Origin: a virus
Taxonomy: Duplodnaviria; Caudoviricetes
IMG/VR virus record: IMGVR_UViG_2867207765_000001
Coordinates: 1 to 64,000 of that record
DNA: 64,000 bases
Direction: 5' to 3' (one strand)
Part shown: positions 1-9,614 of the stretch, piece after piece
Position numbering within the stretch: the stretch's first letter is position 1
Layout of the letters: every line of letters starts with the position of its first letter
The notes under the pieces: generated by a model
What the model saw: only the letters and a program-made list of their open reading frames with translations
Told to the model about the DNA's origin: nothing
Databases searched by the model: none
Program-made: the position numbers and the translations under genes

Positions 1-1344
1 GCTCCGTTCTTCGAGGCGGACGAGGACGTGGTCGCCGGCGAGTACGAGCGTGTGCTGCTCAACTACCTCGGCCCGAACGACATCGGCTCGGACCACCTCC
101 GCGCGCTCCACCGTCTCGGCTACCTGCCGCTGCTGGTGAAGGGGCTCCCGGAGGGTTCCCTGGCACCGTTCGGCGTGCCAACCGTGCTCGTCGAGAACAC
201 GCACCCCGACTTCTTCTGGCTGCCGAACTACATCGAGACAGCGCTGTCAGCATCCATCTGGCACCCGTCCACGTCCGCGACGATCTCGACCATGTACCGC
301 GAGCTCATGGAGTCGTGGGCGGAGAAGACCGGCGGCGACCCCGCCGCCATCGACTTCCAAGCACACGACTTCTCGATGCGCGGGCAGACCAGCATCGAGT
401 CCGCAGCAGCATCCGGGGCTGGTCATCTGCTCTCGTTCCTCGGGACGGACAGCATCCCGTCCATCGACTTCATCGACCGGTACTACCCGGGCGACAACGG
501 CTGGGTCGCCGCATCCGTGCCTGCCACAGAGCACTCGGTGATGTGCCTCCGAGGCCAGGAAGGCGAACTCGAGACGTTCTCACGCCTGCTCGACCTGTAC
601 CCTGCCGGCATCGTTTCCGCAGTCGCCGACGGGTACGACTTCTTCGCCGTGCTCACCGAGATCCTGCCCACCCTCAAGAGCAAGATTCTCGCCCGCGACG
701 GCAAGCTCGTCATCCGACCCGACTCCGGCGACCCGGTCGACATCATGACCGGCACGTACGTCGTCACCGACGACAACCGTGCCGAATACGAGGCGAAGAA
801 GGCCGCCGGCACGCTCACCGTCGAGGAACTCGGCCCCATCGAGCTGCTCGACCAGGTGTTTGGCCACACCGTCAACGCCAAGGGCTTCAAGGTCCTCGAC
901 CAGCACATCGGCCTCATCTACGGCGACAGCATCACCCTCGACCGCGCCCAGCGCACCTTCGAACGCCTCGCCGCGAAGGGCTGGGCGTCCACCAACGTCG
1001 TCCTCGGCATCGGTTCGTTCACCTTCCAGTACACGACCCGCGACTCGCTGGGCTCGGCCGTGAAGGCGACCTGGGCCGAGGTGGACGGACGAGGCGTCGA
1101 CATCCAGAAGGACCCGAAGACGGGCAGCGGCAAGAAGTCGGCAAAGGGTCGCCTCGCGGTGATCCTCGGCGACGACGGCGAGAAGGTCCTCGTCGAGCAG
1201 GCGACCCCCGAGGACGAGGCACGCAGCCTCATCCAGCCGGTCTGGAAGGACGGCGAGTTCATCAACCCGGTGTCCTTCGCCGACGTTCGCAACACACTCC
1301 GTGCGGAGCGCGCCGCCCGAGCCACACGTCGAGCCGCCGCGTGA
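1..1344 (+). CDS. nadV: Nicotinamide phosphoribosyltransferase (NAMPT), 5' truncated by window
   Basis: Motifs HDFSMRG, SVPATEHSVMC, LVIRPDSGDP, GLIYGDSITL, KDPKT..KKSAKG. Confidence 0.95.
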   Translation, partial: APFFEADEDVVAGEYERVLLNYLGPNDIGSDHLRALHRLGYLPLLVKGLPEGSLAPFGVPTVLVENTHPDFFWLPNYIETALSASIWHPSTSATISTMYRELMESWAEKTGGDPAAIDFQAHDFSMRGQTSIESAAASGAGHLLSFLGTDSIPSIDFIDRYYPGDNGWVAASVPATEHSVMCLRGQEGELETFSRLLDLYPAGIVSAVADGYDFFAVLTEILPTLKSKILARDGKLVIRPDSGDPVDIMTGTYVVTDDNRAEYEAKKAAGTLTVEELGPIELLDQVFGHTVNAKGFKVLDQHIGLIYGDSITLDRAQRTFERLAAKGWASTNVVLGIGSFTFQYTTRDSLGSAVKATWAEVDGRGVDIQKDPKTGSGKKSAKGRLAVILGDDGEKVLVEQATPEDEARSLIQPVWKDGEFINPVSFADVRNTLRAERAARATRRAAA

Positions 1345-1754
1345 ACGACCGCATCTACGGGTTCACGGATGCCGATCACTTCCTGTCGAACTTCCACGTG
1401 GAGGCGGACGGACTGACGGCGGAACACCGGTTCCAGAGCGCGAAGACCTTCTCGCCGGCCTGGATCCGACGCGTGCTGTCCGCTCCGACCCCCGCCAAAG
1501 CGAAGTACCACGGCAGGTCGCTGCCGCTCCGCCCCGATTGGGAGGAGGCGAAGGTCGGAGTGATGCGCCACATCGTCGCGACGAAGTTCACCGACGCCGA
1601 CCTCGCCGACCGCCTCCTCGCAACCGGTCACGCCGAACTCATCGAAGCGAACACCTGGGGCGACCGCACCTGGGGCGTGGACGCGAACACGGGTGAGGGG
1701 CGGAACCTCCTCGGCCGGATCCTCATGGAGACGCGCACCGCCCTCCGCGCATAA
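1341..1754 (+). CDS. NADAR (YbiA-like) family protein
   Basis: FLSNF, EHRFQSAK, LLATG.AELIEANTWGDRTWGV, GRNLLGRILMETR; GTG start overlaps nadV stop. Confidence 0.9.
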   Translation: MNDRIYGFTDADHFLSNFHVEADGLTAEHRFQSAKTFSPAWIRRVLSAPTPAKAKYHGRSLPLRPDWEEAKVGVMRHIVATKFTDADLADRLLATGHAELIEANTWGDRTWGVDANTGEGRNLLGRILMETRTALRA

Positions 1755-1875
1755 CCGGAACGGAGTCGCCCGGCGCACCACCTGCGCGGCGACTGACGCT
1801 TCTCAACGCAGGTGAGCATGCTTCTCACCGTTGAGATGGAGCGCTGCAGGAAATGACGCGCGGCGACGGCGGTGT

Positions 1876-1885
1876 CCGCGCATAG
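1876..1885 (+). promoter_or_regulatory. Class A motif CCGCGCATAG (representative of ~34 copies)
   Basis: See findings; 7 nt before tnpB GTG. Confidence 0.8.
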
Positions 1886-1892
1886 AGGGGAT

Positions 1893-3434
1893 GTGAGCGG
1901 TTCGACGTTGCGGGATGCGACGGCACCTGGTGGTGTCGGGTCACGTCAGCGTGCCTACCGGTTCGCGCTTGACCCGACCCCTGCGCAGGTTCGGGCGCTG
2001 TTGTCCCACGCGGGCGCGGCGCGGGTGGCGTTCAACACGATGCTCGCCGTGGTGCGGGCGAACCTGGACCAGCGGACCGCGGAACGCTCCTACGGCGTCC
2101 CCGACGCGGACCTGACCCCGTCCCTGTCCTGGTCGAAAGTCAGTCTCCGGAATGGGTGGGTGGCGCGGCGGGATACGGTCGCACCGTGGTGGCCGGAGAA
2201 CGCCCGGGAGGCATACACGTCCGGCTGCTTCGCCCTCGCCGCAGCGCTCGACAACTGGTCCAAGTCGCGCAGCGGCGCGCGGGCTGGCGCGCCGGTCGGG
2301 TTCCCGCGGTTCAAGACCCGGACCCGGTCGAAGCCGTCCGTGAAGTTCGAAGGCGTCACCGCGAAGCTGCTCCCGTCCGGCCACACCATTCACTTGCCGC
2401 GTGTCGGGAAGGTGCACACCCACGAGTCCACCCGGAAGCTCGGCCGGCTCGTGGAGCAGGGCTCCGCGAAGGTGAACTCCGTCACCGTCTCCTACGACCG
2501 CGGCCGGTGGGTTGCCGCGTTCCAGGTCGAGCAGGTCACCATCGTCCGGCCCCGGCCGGTGGGTCCGCGGTCGGTGGTGGGTATCGACGTGGGGGTGAAG
2601 GACCTCATCGTCGTTGCTCGCCCGGACGGCACCGAGGTGGAACGGCTCCGCGCCCCGAAGGACCTCGCCGCTGCCCTCGGCCGGCTTCGCACCCTGCAGC
2701 GGCAGGCCGCCCGGCAGGTCGGCCCGTACGACGTCGTGTCCAAGCGGCGGCAGCAGCCATCCGCGGGCTGGCTGCGAACACAGGACCGCATCCGGAAGGT
2801 GCACGCTCGGGTGGCGAACCTCCGGCAGGACCGGCTCCACAAGCTCACCACCCGACTCGCGCAGACGCACGACGTGGTCGGCATCGAACACCTCAACGTC
2901 CGAGGGATGACCGCGCGCGCGAAGCCGAAGCCGCACACGAGCCGGCCGGGAGTGTTTCTGCCGAACCGGCGGCGGCAGAAGGCCGGACTTGCCCGGTCCG
3001 TCGCGGACGCCGGGTTCGCGACGCTGCACCAGCAGCTGCAGTACAAGACGTCCTGGTTCGGGAGCACCCTGGTGCGCGCGGACCGGTTCTACCCGTCCTC
3101 CAAAACATGCTCCGGATGCGGGTCAGTGAAAGCCAAGCTGACCCTCGCCGAGCGGGAGTACGTGTGCACCACCTGCGGCATGGTCATCGACCGTGACCTC
3201 AACGCCGCAGTCAACCTCGCCCGCCACGCAGCAGCACAAGCGGCCGAGAACGGTCCGGACGAGGGTAGCTCGTTCGTCAGCGGTGGAGGCACCCAGAAGA
3301 CCCAGCCAGCAACAGCCGGCACGGGCAGGAGCCAACGAAACCGCAACCCCACCAGCACCACGGGGACTCCCTCGCCGCAAGGCCAGGGCAGCACTCAACC
3401 CAGTGAGACCAGTCTCACCTCAGTTGAGAACTGA
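1893..3434 (+). CDS. tnpB: RNA-guided endonuclease TnpB (IS607-type sequence)
   Basis: AYRFALDPT N-terminus, RuvC motifs GIDVG / GIEHL / DRDLNAAVNL, Zn finger CSGC..CTTC; GTG start 7 nt after CGCATAG motif. Confidence 0.95.
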   Translation: MSGSTLRDATAPGGVGSRQRAYRFALDPTPAQVRALLSHAGAARVAFNTMLAVVRANLDQRTAERSYGVPDADLTPSLSWSKVSLRNGWVARRDTVAPWWPENAREAYTSGCFALAAALDNWSKSRSGARAGAPVGFPRFKTRTRSKPSVKFEGVTAKLLPSGHTIHLPRVGKVHTHESTRKLGRLVEQGSAKVNSVTVSYDRGRWVAAFQVEQVTIVRPRPVGPRSVVGIDVGVKDLIVVARPDGTEVERLRAPKDLAAALGRLRTLQRQAARQVGPYDVVSKRRQQPSAGWLRTQDRIRKVHARVANLRQDRLHKLTTRLAQTHDVVGIEHLNVRGMTARAKPKPHTSRPGVFLPNRRRQKAGLARSVADAGFATLHQQLQYKTSWFGSTLVRADRFYPSSKTCSGCGSVKAKLTLAEREYVCTTCGMVIDRDLNAAVNLARHAAAQAAENGPDEGSSFVSGGGTQKTQPATAGTGRSQRNRNPTSTTGTPSPQGQGSTQPSETSLTSVEN

Positions 3435-3484
3435 CAGCGACCCCGTAACGTCGTCACCGCACCCCAAGCACAGGAAGCATTCAC

Positions 3485-4126
3485 GTGACCGACCGTCAGC
3501 AGCCCCTCATTGCCATCGACGTCGTCCCCATCGGGTACGACGCCGCGTCGATGACGGTGCAGTACGGCACCGCGGAGCGGCTGTTCGCCCCCTTCGCGGG
3601 AGAGCAAGCGCTGCCCGGCGTGCTCCTCGGCGCTGATGAGTTGCTCACCGAAGCAGCCCACCGCGCCCTCCGCGACAAAGCCGGCGTCCCAGCAGGGGAC
3701 GTCCGGCATCTGACGCAGATCGGAGCATTCGACGGTCCCGGCCGCGACCCCCGCGACAAGGCCGTCAGCATCGCGTTCATCGCCATTGTCACGTCGCACG
3801 ACACCTTCGAACTCGGATGGCACGAATGGGCAGAAACACCCTCCCTTCCATTCGACCACGGCACCATCGTCGCGGCCGCGAAAGACGTCGCCCGCACCCG
3901 ACTGTGGACCGACCCAGCGTTCACTCAAGCGCTCACCGGCGACACCTTCCTCACCGCCGACGCCGCCGCCATCACCAGCCAGGTCACCGGACACACTCCC
4001 GCCCCCGCCAACTTCCACAGAACCCTCACCCGGAACCCAGCCCTCACATCTGAGCAACGGACTCAGGGCGGCGCTCACGGACGCAGCATGACCCAGTGGG
4101 CGTGGGCCGGGGCGCTGAGGCCCTAA
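3485..4126 (+). CDS. NUDIX-domain protein, NrtR-like regulator (NUDIX + C-terminal HTH)
   Basis: ALPGVLL..DE.L.EAA.R.L, F..PGRDPR, LPFDH, ANFHR; adjacent to NAD salvage genes. Confidence 0.8.
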   Translation: MTDRQQPLIAIDVVPIGYDAASMTVQYGTAERLFAPFAGEQALPGVLLGADELLTEAAHRALRDKAGVPAGDVRHLTQIGAFDGPGRDPRDKAVSIAFIAIVTSHDTFELGWHEWAETPSLPFDHGTIVAAAKDVARTRLWTDPAFTQALTGDTFLTADAAAITSQVTGHTPAPANFHRTLTRNPALTSEQRTQGGAHGRSMTQWAWAGALRP

Positions 4127-4130
4127 CGGC

Positions 4131-4757
4131 TTACGTTCGCCGTCCCAGCAACCAAGCGACAACGTCCGGGTCCGCCGCCATCCATCTGCGGCCGCCCAAG
4201 GAGACGGCTCGGAGCGAGACGCCGGCGTCGAGTTCCTTCGCCAACGGACGTGCCATCCGCTTGTTGACGTAGCCGACGGGGCCTGCGTCGGCGTGCACGC
4301 ACACGGCGTACGGGTCTGCTTCATTGTCGGGTTCTCGGACGAGGCTGAGCGCTGCACCCGGAGACAGATCCGCGTGCTTGATAATCAGCGCAAGATACTC
4401 GGTGCCGCGCAGCTGCCCCGTCCACAGCCCCAGGCTCCGGAGCTTCCCGTTCGCAACGTTGACGAGCTGCCCCGTCGTCTCCTCCTCGAACCACAACGCC
4501 TGGTCATGCATACGGAGACGGAACGGCGGGCGACCGTCAGCTCTGGGCACCAGCAACGCATCCCACCGCTCCGACGGCAGGTAGATGCTCGGTGGGGGAG
4601 TGCGCGGCACGGAAACGGACACCGGTGGCAGCCCTGTTGCGGGTCGCGGCGGGCTCGGCTTCGGCTGCAACGCCGTCGTCTGAGCTGTCTGCGGAGCCGG
4701 GACCACAGCCCTGGTGCGTGACCGGCGGCGGAACAGGTCGAAGAAACCCACGCTCAT
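4131..4757 (-). CDS. HIRAN-domain protein
   Basis: C-terminal LSLVREPDNEADPYAVCVH...VGYV..LA..LD.G. Confidence 0.75.
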   Translation of the reverse strand: MSVGFFDLFRRRSRTRAVVPAPQTAQTTALQPKPSPPRPATGLPPVSVSVPRTPPPSIYLPSERWDALLVPRADGRPPFRLRMHDQALWFEEETTGQLVNVANGKLRSLGLWTGQLRGTEYLALIIKHADLSPGAALSLVREPDNEADPYAVCVHADAGPVGYVNKRMARPLAKELDAGVSLRAVSLGGRRWMAADPDVVAWLLGRRT

Positions 4758-4906
4758 CCCCTCCCGATGGTTTCGTCAGCGTACCGACGAAAACACGCAG
4801 CAGGAACGCTCGCCCCGCCGACACCGGTGCCGGCGCATAGGGGCTGGCGACCTGGGGACGTCCCGGTCGTTCATCGCCGGCCTGGGGCCGGCCCTGCCCG
4901 AACGGA

Positions 4907-6016
4907 GTGTTGGTCGTGAAGACCTTCCGTGCTCACTATCTGGTGCCGAGCATCGTCACCGTCGCCGCGGTTGTCGTCGGCTTCCTCTACGGCGGAGCGC
5001 AAACCGCGCTGCTGGTCGCCATCCTCGGTGCGATGGAGGTGTCGTTGTCGTTCGACAACGCCATCGTCAACGCCCGCGTCATCGAGAAGCTCTCCCCGAA
5101 GTGGCGGAAGATCTTCCTCACCGCGGGGCTTGCCATCGCGGTCCTCGGGATGCGGTTCATCCTTCCTGTCCTCCTCGTCGTCGCCACGACGGGCCTGGCC
5201 CCGGCGAAGGTGGTGTCCCTCGCGCTGGCGAAGGGGAACCCCACCCATCCCGGAACGTTCGGGTACTACCTCACGCAGGCGCACCCGCAGATCGCTGCGT
5301 TCGGTGGGATGTTCCTGCTGCTGCTGTTCCTCGAGTTCATGTTCGAGGACCGGGAGATCATGTGGCTGACGTGGCTGGAAAAGCCGCTGGCGAAGGTCGG
5401 GCAGCTCGACGCGCTCGCCTACGCGGTTGCCGGCGGCGCGCTGATCGTCGCCGGTTCCATCGCCGAGCACCCCGCGAAGGTGTTCGTCGCAGGCCTGTGC
5501 GGCATCGTCGCGTACATCCTCGTCAACGGTCTCGGGTCCCTGTTCGAGGGTAGCGAGGAAGGCATCCACGGCTCGTCGGAGGACATCGCCGACGGCATGG
5601 CAGGTCGCGGTCCCGCCGGTGTCACCAAGCTCGTCGGCAAGGCGGCGTTCTTCATGTTCCTCTACCTCGAGGTCCTCGACTCGTCGTTCTCGTTCGACGG
5701 TGTCATCGGCGCATTCGCCATCACCGCGGACCCCATCGTCATCGCCCTCGGCCTCGGCGTCATCGGCGCCCTGTTCGTCCGGTCCCTGACGGTCCACATG
5801 GTGGAAGCGGGAACCCTCGACGCGTACGTGTACCTCGACCACGGCGCCCACTGGTCCATTGGTGCGCTCGCCGGGCTGCTCATCGCCAGCATCGGCTGCG
5901 ACATCCCCGATGTGGTCACCGGACTCATCGGCGTCGTCCTCATCGGCGCGGCGGTCATCACCTCCCACCTGCGGAACAAGCGCATCGCGAAGCAGACCCT
6001 GCTCGCCGCCGTTTAG
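4907..6016 (+). CDS. DUF475 / TerC-related integral membrane protein
   Basis: EVSLSFDNAIVNA, LEVLDSSFSFDGVIGAFAIT, YL.HGAHWSIG; multiple TM helices. Confidence 0.9.
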   Translation: MLVVKTFRAHYLVPSIVTVAAVVVGFLYGGAQTALLVAILGAMEVSLSFDNAIVNARVIEKLSPKWRKIFLTAGLAIAVLGMRFILPVLLVVATTGLAPAKVVSLALAKGNPTHPGTFGYYLTQAHPQIAAFGGMFLLLLFLEFMFEDREIMWLTWLEKPLAKVGQLDALAYAVAGGALIVAGSIAEHPAKVFVAGLCGIVAYILVNGLGSLFEGSEEGIHGSSEDIADGMAGRGPAGVTKLVGKAAFFMFLYLEVLDSSFSFDGVIGAFAITADPIVIALGLGVIGALFVRSLTVHMVEAGTLDAYVYLDHGAHWSIGALAGLLIASIGCDIPDVVTGLIGVVLIGAAVITSHLRNKRIAKQTLLAAV

Positions 6017-6078
6017 CCCGTTCCCGCATAGGACCTGCCGCAGTCGAACTCGTCGGCTACGGAGCTGAAAGGTTCACC

Positions 6079-6297
6079 ATGCCCGGCACCATCAGCGACG
6101 GCCGCCGCTCGGACACCCCGTCCGCAGCGGCGGCTGTTCATCGTTCCCTCCGCAACCGCTTCCACGCCTGGGTCGCCGCGTGGATCGTCGCCGACGACCC
6201 GCACCCCGAGTACTCGCGCTTGGACCGCATGGACGGCCTCCGCGACTACCAGCTGCCGCAACCGGCGACGCATAGATCTGCCGCGTCCGCCTCGTGA
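6079..6297 (+). CDS. Small hypothetical protein
   Basis: GAAAGG RBS, upstream CGCATAG motif, GC3-biased codons. Confidence 0.5.
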   Translation: MPGTISDGRRSDTPSAAAAVHRSLRNRFHAWVAAWIVADDPHPEYSRLDRMDGLRDYQLPQPATHRSAASAS

Positions 6298-6323
6298 CGC
6301 GTCCCGCATCGAGAAGGAACCGC

Positions 6324-6884
6324 ATGCACATCAGCTTGGAGAAGAACCAGGTCATCACCCTCGAGAAGGGCGGCCGGACCCTCACCCGAATCCGCCTCGG
6401 CCTCGGTTGGGACGCGGTGAAGCGCCGCTTCGGACGGCAGAAGGACATCGACCTCGACGCGTCCGTCATCGTCTACGGCGACGGGAAAGCCCTCGACGTC
6501 ATCTACTTCGGTCAGCTGCTCTCCCGTGACGGCGCCATCAACCACCTCGGTGACAACCTCACCGGAGATGGTGACGGCGACGACGAGCAGATCATCATCG
6601 ACCTCACCCAGGTGGACCCCCGCGCCGACAAGCTCGCGCTGGTCGTCACCTCCTACTCCGGGCAGAGCTTCGACCAGGTCGCCAACGTGTACGCCCGCGT
6701 GAACGACCTGAACGACTCCGAGGAGGAGCTCGCCCGGTACAACCTCGCAGACACCGGAGCACTCACCGGCGTCATCGTCGCCAAGCTCACCCGCGTCGGC
6801 GATGCGTGGCAGTTCACCGCGCTCGGCATCCCCGCCGCGGGACGCACCGCATCCAATCTCATCCCCACGGCGTTCGCCGTCTGA
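6324..6884 (+). CDS. TerD/TerZ family protein
   Basis: ISLEKNQ, LGLGWD, DLDAS, HLGDNLTGDGDGDDEQI, WQFTALG. Confidence 0.93.
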   Translation: MHISLEKNQVITLEKGGRTLTRIRLGLGWDAVKRRFGRQKDIDLDASVIVYGDGKALDVIYFGQLLSRDGAINHLGDNLTGDGDGDDEQIIIDLTQVDPRADKLALVVTSYSGQSFDQVANVYARVNDLNDSEEELARYNLADTGALTGVIVAKLTRVGDAWQFTALGIPAAGRTASNLIPTAFAV

Positions 6885-6957
6885 GGGCCCCGTCATGCCC
6901 GTGTACAGCCTCTTCGGCTCCCACCCCCATCCCACACCGCAGCATCAGGAGAACCCC

Positions 6958-7542
6958 GTGACCATCAGCCTCGAGAAGAACAAGCCGATCAGCCTCACCA
7001 AGGCGGACCCCGGCATCAAGCGTGCGGTCGTCGGCCTCGGATGGAAGCCCCGCGCAACCAGCGGCGCCGAGTTCGACCTCGACGCGTCCGCCATCGTCCT
7101 CCGCAACGACGGCTCCAAGCACACGCTGCGCGACTTCGTGTTCTACGGCAATCAGTCGCACTCCTCCGGTGCGATCAACCACCAGGGCGACAACCGCACC
7201 GGCAACGGCGACGGCGACGACGAGCAGATCCTCATCGACCTCGCCAAGCTGCCGGAGAACATCGCCCGGATCGTGTTCATCGTCTCCATCAACGACGCGG
7301 AGAAGCGCAACCAGCGGTTCGGACTCGTCGACGACGCATACTTCCGCATCGTCAACGTGGACACCAAGGAGGAAGCCGTGAAGTTCGACCTCCGCGAGGA
7401 CGCCGCCGCCGAGCACACCATCGCCATCGGTGAGCTCTACAAGGACAACGGTGCGTGGCAGGTCGTCGGGCGCGCGCAGGGCCTCCAGGACGGTCTCGCC
7501 GGCGCGCTCACCCACTACGGCGTGGACCCCTCCGACGTCTGA
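6958..7542 (+). CDS. terD: TerD family protein
   Basis: VGLGW, FDLDAS, FVFYGN, GDNRTGNGDGDDEQI, GELYK.NG.W; AGGAG RBS. Confidence 0.95.
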   Translation: MTISLEKNKPISLTKADPGIKRAVVGLGWKPRATSGAEFDLDASAIVLRNDGSKHTLRDFVFYGNQSHSSGAINHQGDNRTGNGDGDDEQILIDLAKLPENIARIVFIVSINDAEKRNQRFGLVDDAYFRIVNVDTKEEAVKFDLREDAAAEHTIAIGELYKDNGAWQVVGRAQGLQDGLAGALTHYGVDPSDV

Positions 7543-7552
7543 CGCACCCACC

Positions 7553-7587
7553 GCGGGTGGAACGACCAGCACGGTCGTTCCACCCGC
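7553..7587 (+). terminator. GC-rich hairpin after terD
   Basis: GCGGGTGGAACGACC-N5-GGTCGTTCCACCCGC perfect stem. Confidence 0.6.
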
Positions 7588-7615
7588 CCATCACCGTCCG
7601 CAGAAGGGACAACCC

Positions 7616-8803
7616 GTGCCATCTCTCACCCCGCCGAAGCCTGCGAACGAGCAGCCGGCGCTCATCCTCGACACCCCGGAACCGGTCGAGGAGGTCGAAC
7701 CGTCCGCCGCGCAGGCGATGCTGGACCCGATCAGTCCGAGCCGGGAGCTCGAGATCGGCTCGACGGCGAAGCAGTTCCTCGGCGATGTCACCACCTTCAA
7801 CCCGAACTCGCCCCGGTTCGGTGAGATGCTCGCCGACGTCCGCAACCTCGCCGCGAAGGAGATCGTCGCCAGCAGCGCCGGCGCGAATCGCCTCCTCGAC
7901 CGGTCTGCGGCAAGCATCAAGAGCAAGGGCGGCGACTCCTCGTCGAAGGTCATCGCCACCCTCAGCGACCTTCGCAGCACCGTGCAGGACCTCACCCCGA
8001 ACGCCGCCGACCTCAGCACCGGCGCGAAGATCCTCGGGTTCCTCCCCGGCGGGAACCGCATCCGGAAGTACTTCCAGAAGTATGAGACGGCGCAGGAGAA
8101 GCTCGACGGCATCGTCGCCTCCCTCACCGCCGGCGCCACCGAACTGCAGCGTGACAACGCCGAGCTGGAGAACGAGAAGCGGAAGCTGTGGGACGCGATG
8201 GGCTCCCTCAACGAGTACATCGTCCTCGCCCAGAAGATGGACGGTGAACTCGTCACCAGCATCGACACCCTCCGCAGCAGCGGGAACATCGACGCGGCGA
8301 ACACCCTCGAGACGAAGATGCTGTTCGAGGTGCGACAGCGGCAGCAGGACCTGCTCACCCAGCTCGCCGTCGCCGTTCAGGGCTACATGGCGATGGACCT
8401 CACCCAGAAGAACAACATCGAACTGGTGAAGGGCGTCGAGCGGGCGAAGACTACGACGCTGTTCGCGTTACGGACCGCCATCATCACCGCACAGGCGCTG
8501 GACTCGCAGGTCAAGGTCCTCGAAGCGTTGGACAAGACGAAGGAGGTCACCGAGAACGTCATCCTGTCCACCAGTGCCATGCTCCGTGACAACACCCTTC
8601 GCGTACAGCAGAAAGCCGTCGAACCGGCAGTCGCCATCGACACGCTCACCCGCGCGTTCGACGACATCTACGCCACCCTCGACGCCATCGACACGTTCCG
8701 ACAGCAGGCGAACACCGTCATGCAGGGCAACATCACCGCTCTGACCACGCAGCTGGAGCGAGCGAAGCCGAAGCTCGAGGAAGCCCGCGCCCTGGACGCG
8801 TAA
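7616..8803 (+). CDS. telA: Toxic anion resistance protein (TelA family)
   Basis: L.DLR.TV.DL.P, KILGFLP.GN.IRKYFQKY, VRQRQQDLLTQLAV.VQGY, NN.EL.KGV.RA.TTT; Ter context. Confidence 0.9.
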   Translation: MPSLTPPKPANEQPALILDTPEPVEEVEPSAAQAMLDPISPSRELEIGSTAKQFLGDVTTFNPNSPRFGEMLADVRNLAAKEIVASSAGANRLLDRSAASIKSKGGDSSSKVIATLSDLRSTVQDLTPNAADLSTGAKILGFLPGGNRIRKYFQKYETAQEKLDGIVASLTAGATELQRDNAELENEKRKLWDAMGSLNEYIVLAQKMDGELVTSIDTLRSSGNIDAANTLETKMLFEVRQRQQDLLTQLAVAVQGYMAMDLTQKNNIELVKGVERAKTTTLFALRTAIITAQALDSQVKVLEALDKTKEVTENVILSTSAMLRDNTLRVQQKAVEPAVAIDTLTRAFDDIYATLDAIDTFRQQANTVMQGNITALTTQLERAKPKLEEARALDA

Positions 8804-8885
8804 GCGCCACAGCACGACCCGGCAGCGGGCCCGGAGGATTCGTCCACGGGCCCGCTACCAGCTTCCCAGCCGCATAGAACCCGGC

Positions 8886-9614
8886 ATGACCGACCCCACC
8901 ATCCCGGCGCCCGTCCGGTTCTTCGAAGGCGACTGCCGCGAGTTCCTCCCCATCGACGCCGACGTCGTCATCACCGACCCGCCCTATGGCGTGGACCGTC
9001 ACGGCCGCATGCTCGGCCAGATCGCCAGCAACTACCACGGCAAGGGCGCCCACACCCGCGGGTACTACGACCACGACTCGGACAAGTTCGCCGAGATCCT
9101 CACCCCCGCGTTCAACGGGATGCTGCACTCCCTGCCGAAGGGCGGTTCCCTCATCGCGTTCTGCGGGAACCGTACGTTCGCGGAGATGGTCACCATCGCC
9201 ACCCACGCCGGGTTCCAGATGCTCGACGTGCTCGTATTCACTGGCGGAGGCTCGTTCGCGAAGAGTCGAACAATGCTCATGCCTCGTCACGAGCTCGCGT
9301 TCTTCGCTCGTCGCCCCGGCGGCACGCGGGAGATCAACCCGAACCGGAACATCGCGAACCTGTTCGACATCCCGAAAACCAAGGGGGAGTCGAAGCATCC
9401 GACGACGAAGCCGCAGACGTGGATGCGCCGCGTCGTCGAGGTGTTCTCCGAGCCGGGTGAGACCATCCTCGACCCGTTCGCCGGATCCGGAAGCACCCTC
9501 GTCGCCGCACGCAACCTCGGCCGCCCGTCCATCGGCATCGAGCATGAGCACCCGTACGCGAACATCGCCCGCGAACGGCTCGGGCTGCCCCTCCAACCGC
9601 CGTTCGCCGCCTGA
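8886..9614 (+). CDS. DNA amino-methyltransferase (N6-A/N4-C, beta class), orphan
   Basis: ITDPPY, HPTTKP, ILDPFAGSGST..AA..LGR..IGIE. Confidence 0.92.
   Translation: MTDPTIPAPVRFFEGDCREFLPIDADVVITDPPYGVDRHGRMLGQIASNYHGKGAHTRGYYDHDSDKFAEILTPAFNGMLHSLPKGGSLIAFCGNRTFAEMVTIATHAGFQMLDVLVFTGGGSFAKSRTMLMPRHELAFFARRPGGTREINPNRNIANLFDIPKTKGESKHPTTKPQTWMRRVVEVFSEPGETILDPFAGSGSTLVAARNLGRPSIGIEHEHPYANIARERLGLPLQPPFAA

Larger units (their letters stand above)
1794..3436 (+). mobile_element. tnpB-only insertion element, copy 1 (TG...CA imperfect terminal inverted repeats, 5-bp TSD GCGAC)
   Basis: GCGAC at 1789-1793 and 3437-3441; left end TGACGCTTCTCAACGCAGGTGAG, right end (rev-comp) TGTCAGTTCTCAACTGAGGTGAG; same termini in copy 2. 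Confidence 0.9.

Noticed and set aside
4841-4906. yybP-ykoY riboswitch upstream of the TerC-like gene
   Set aside because: Two hairpins are present but the conserved GGGGAGUA-type core is missing
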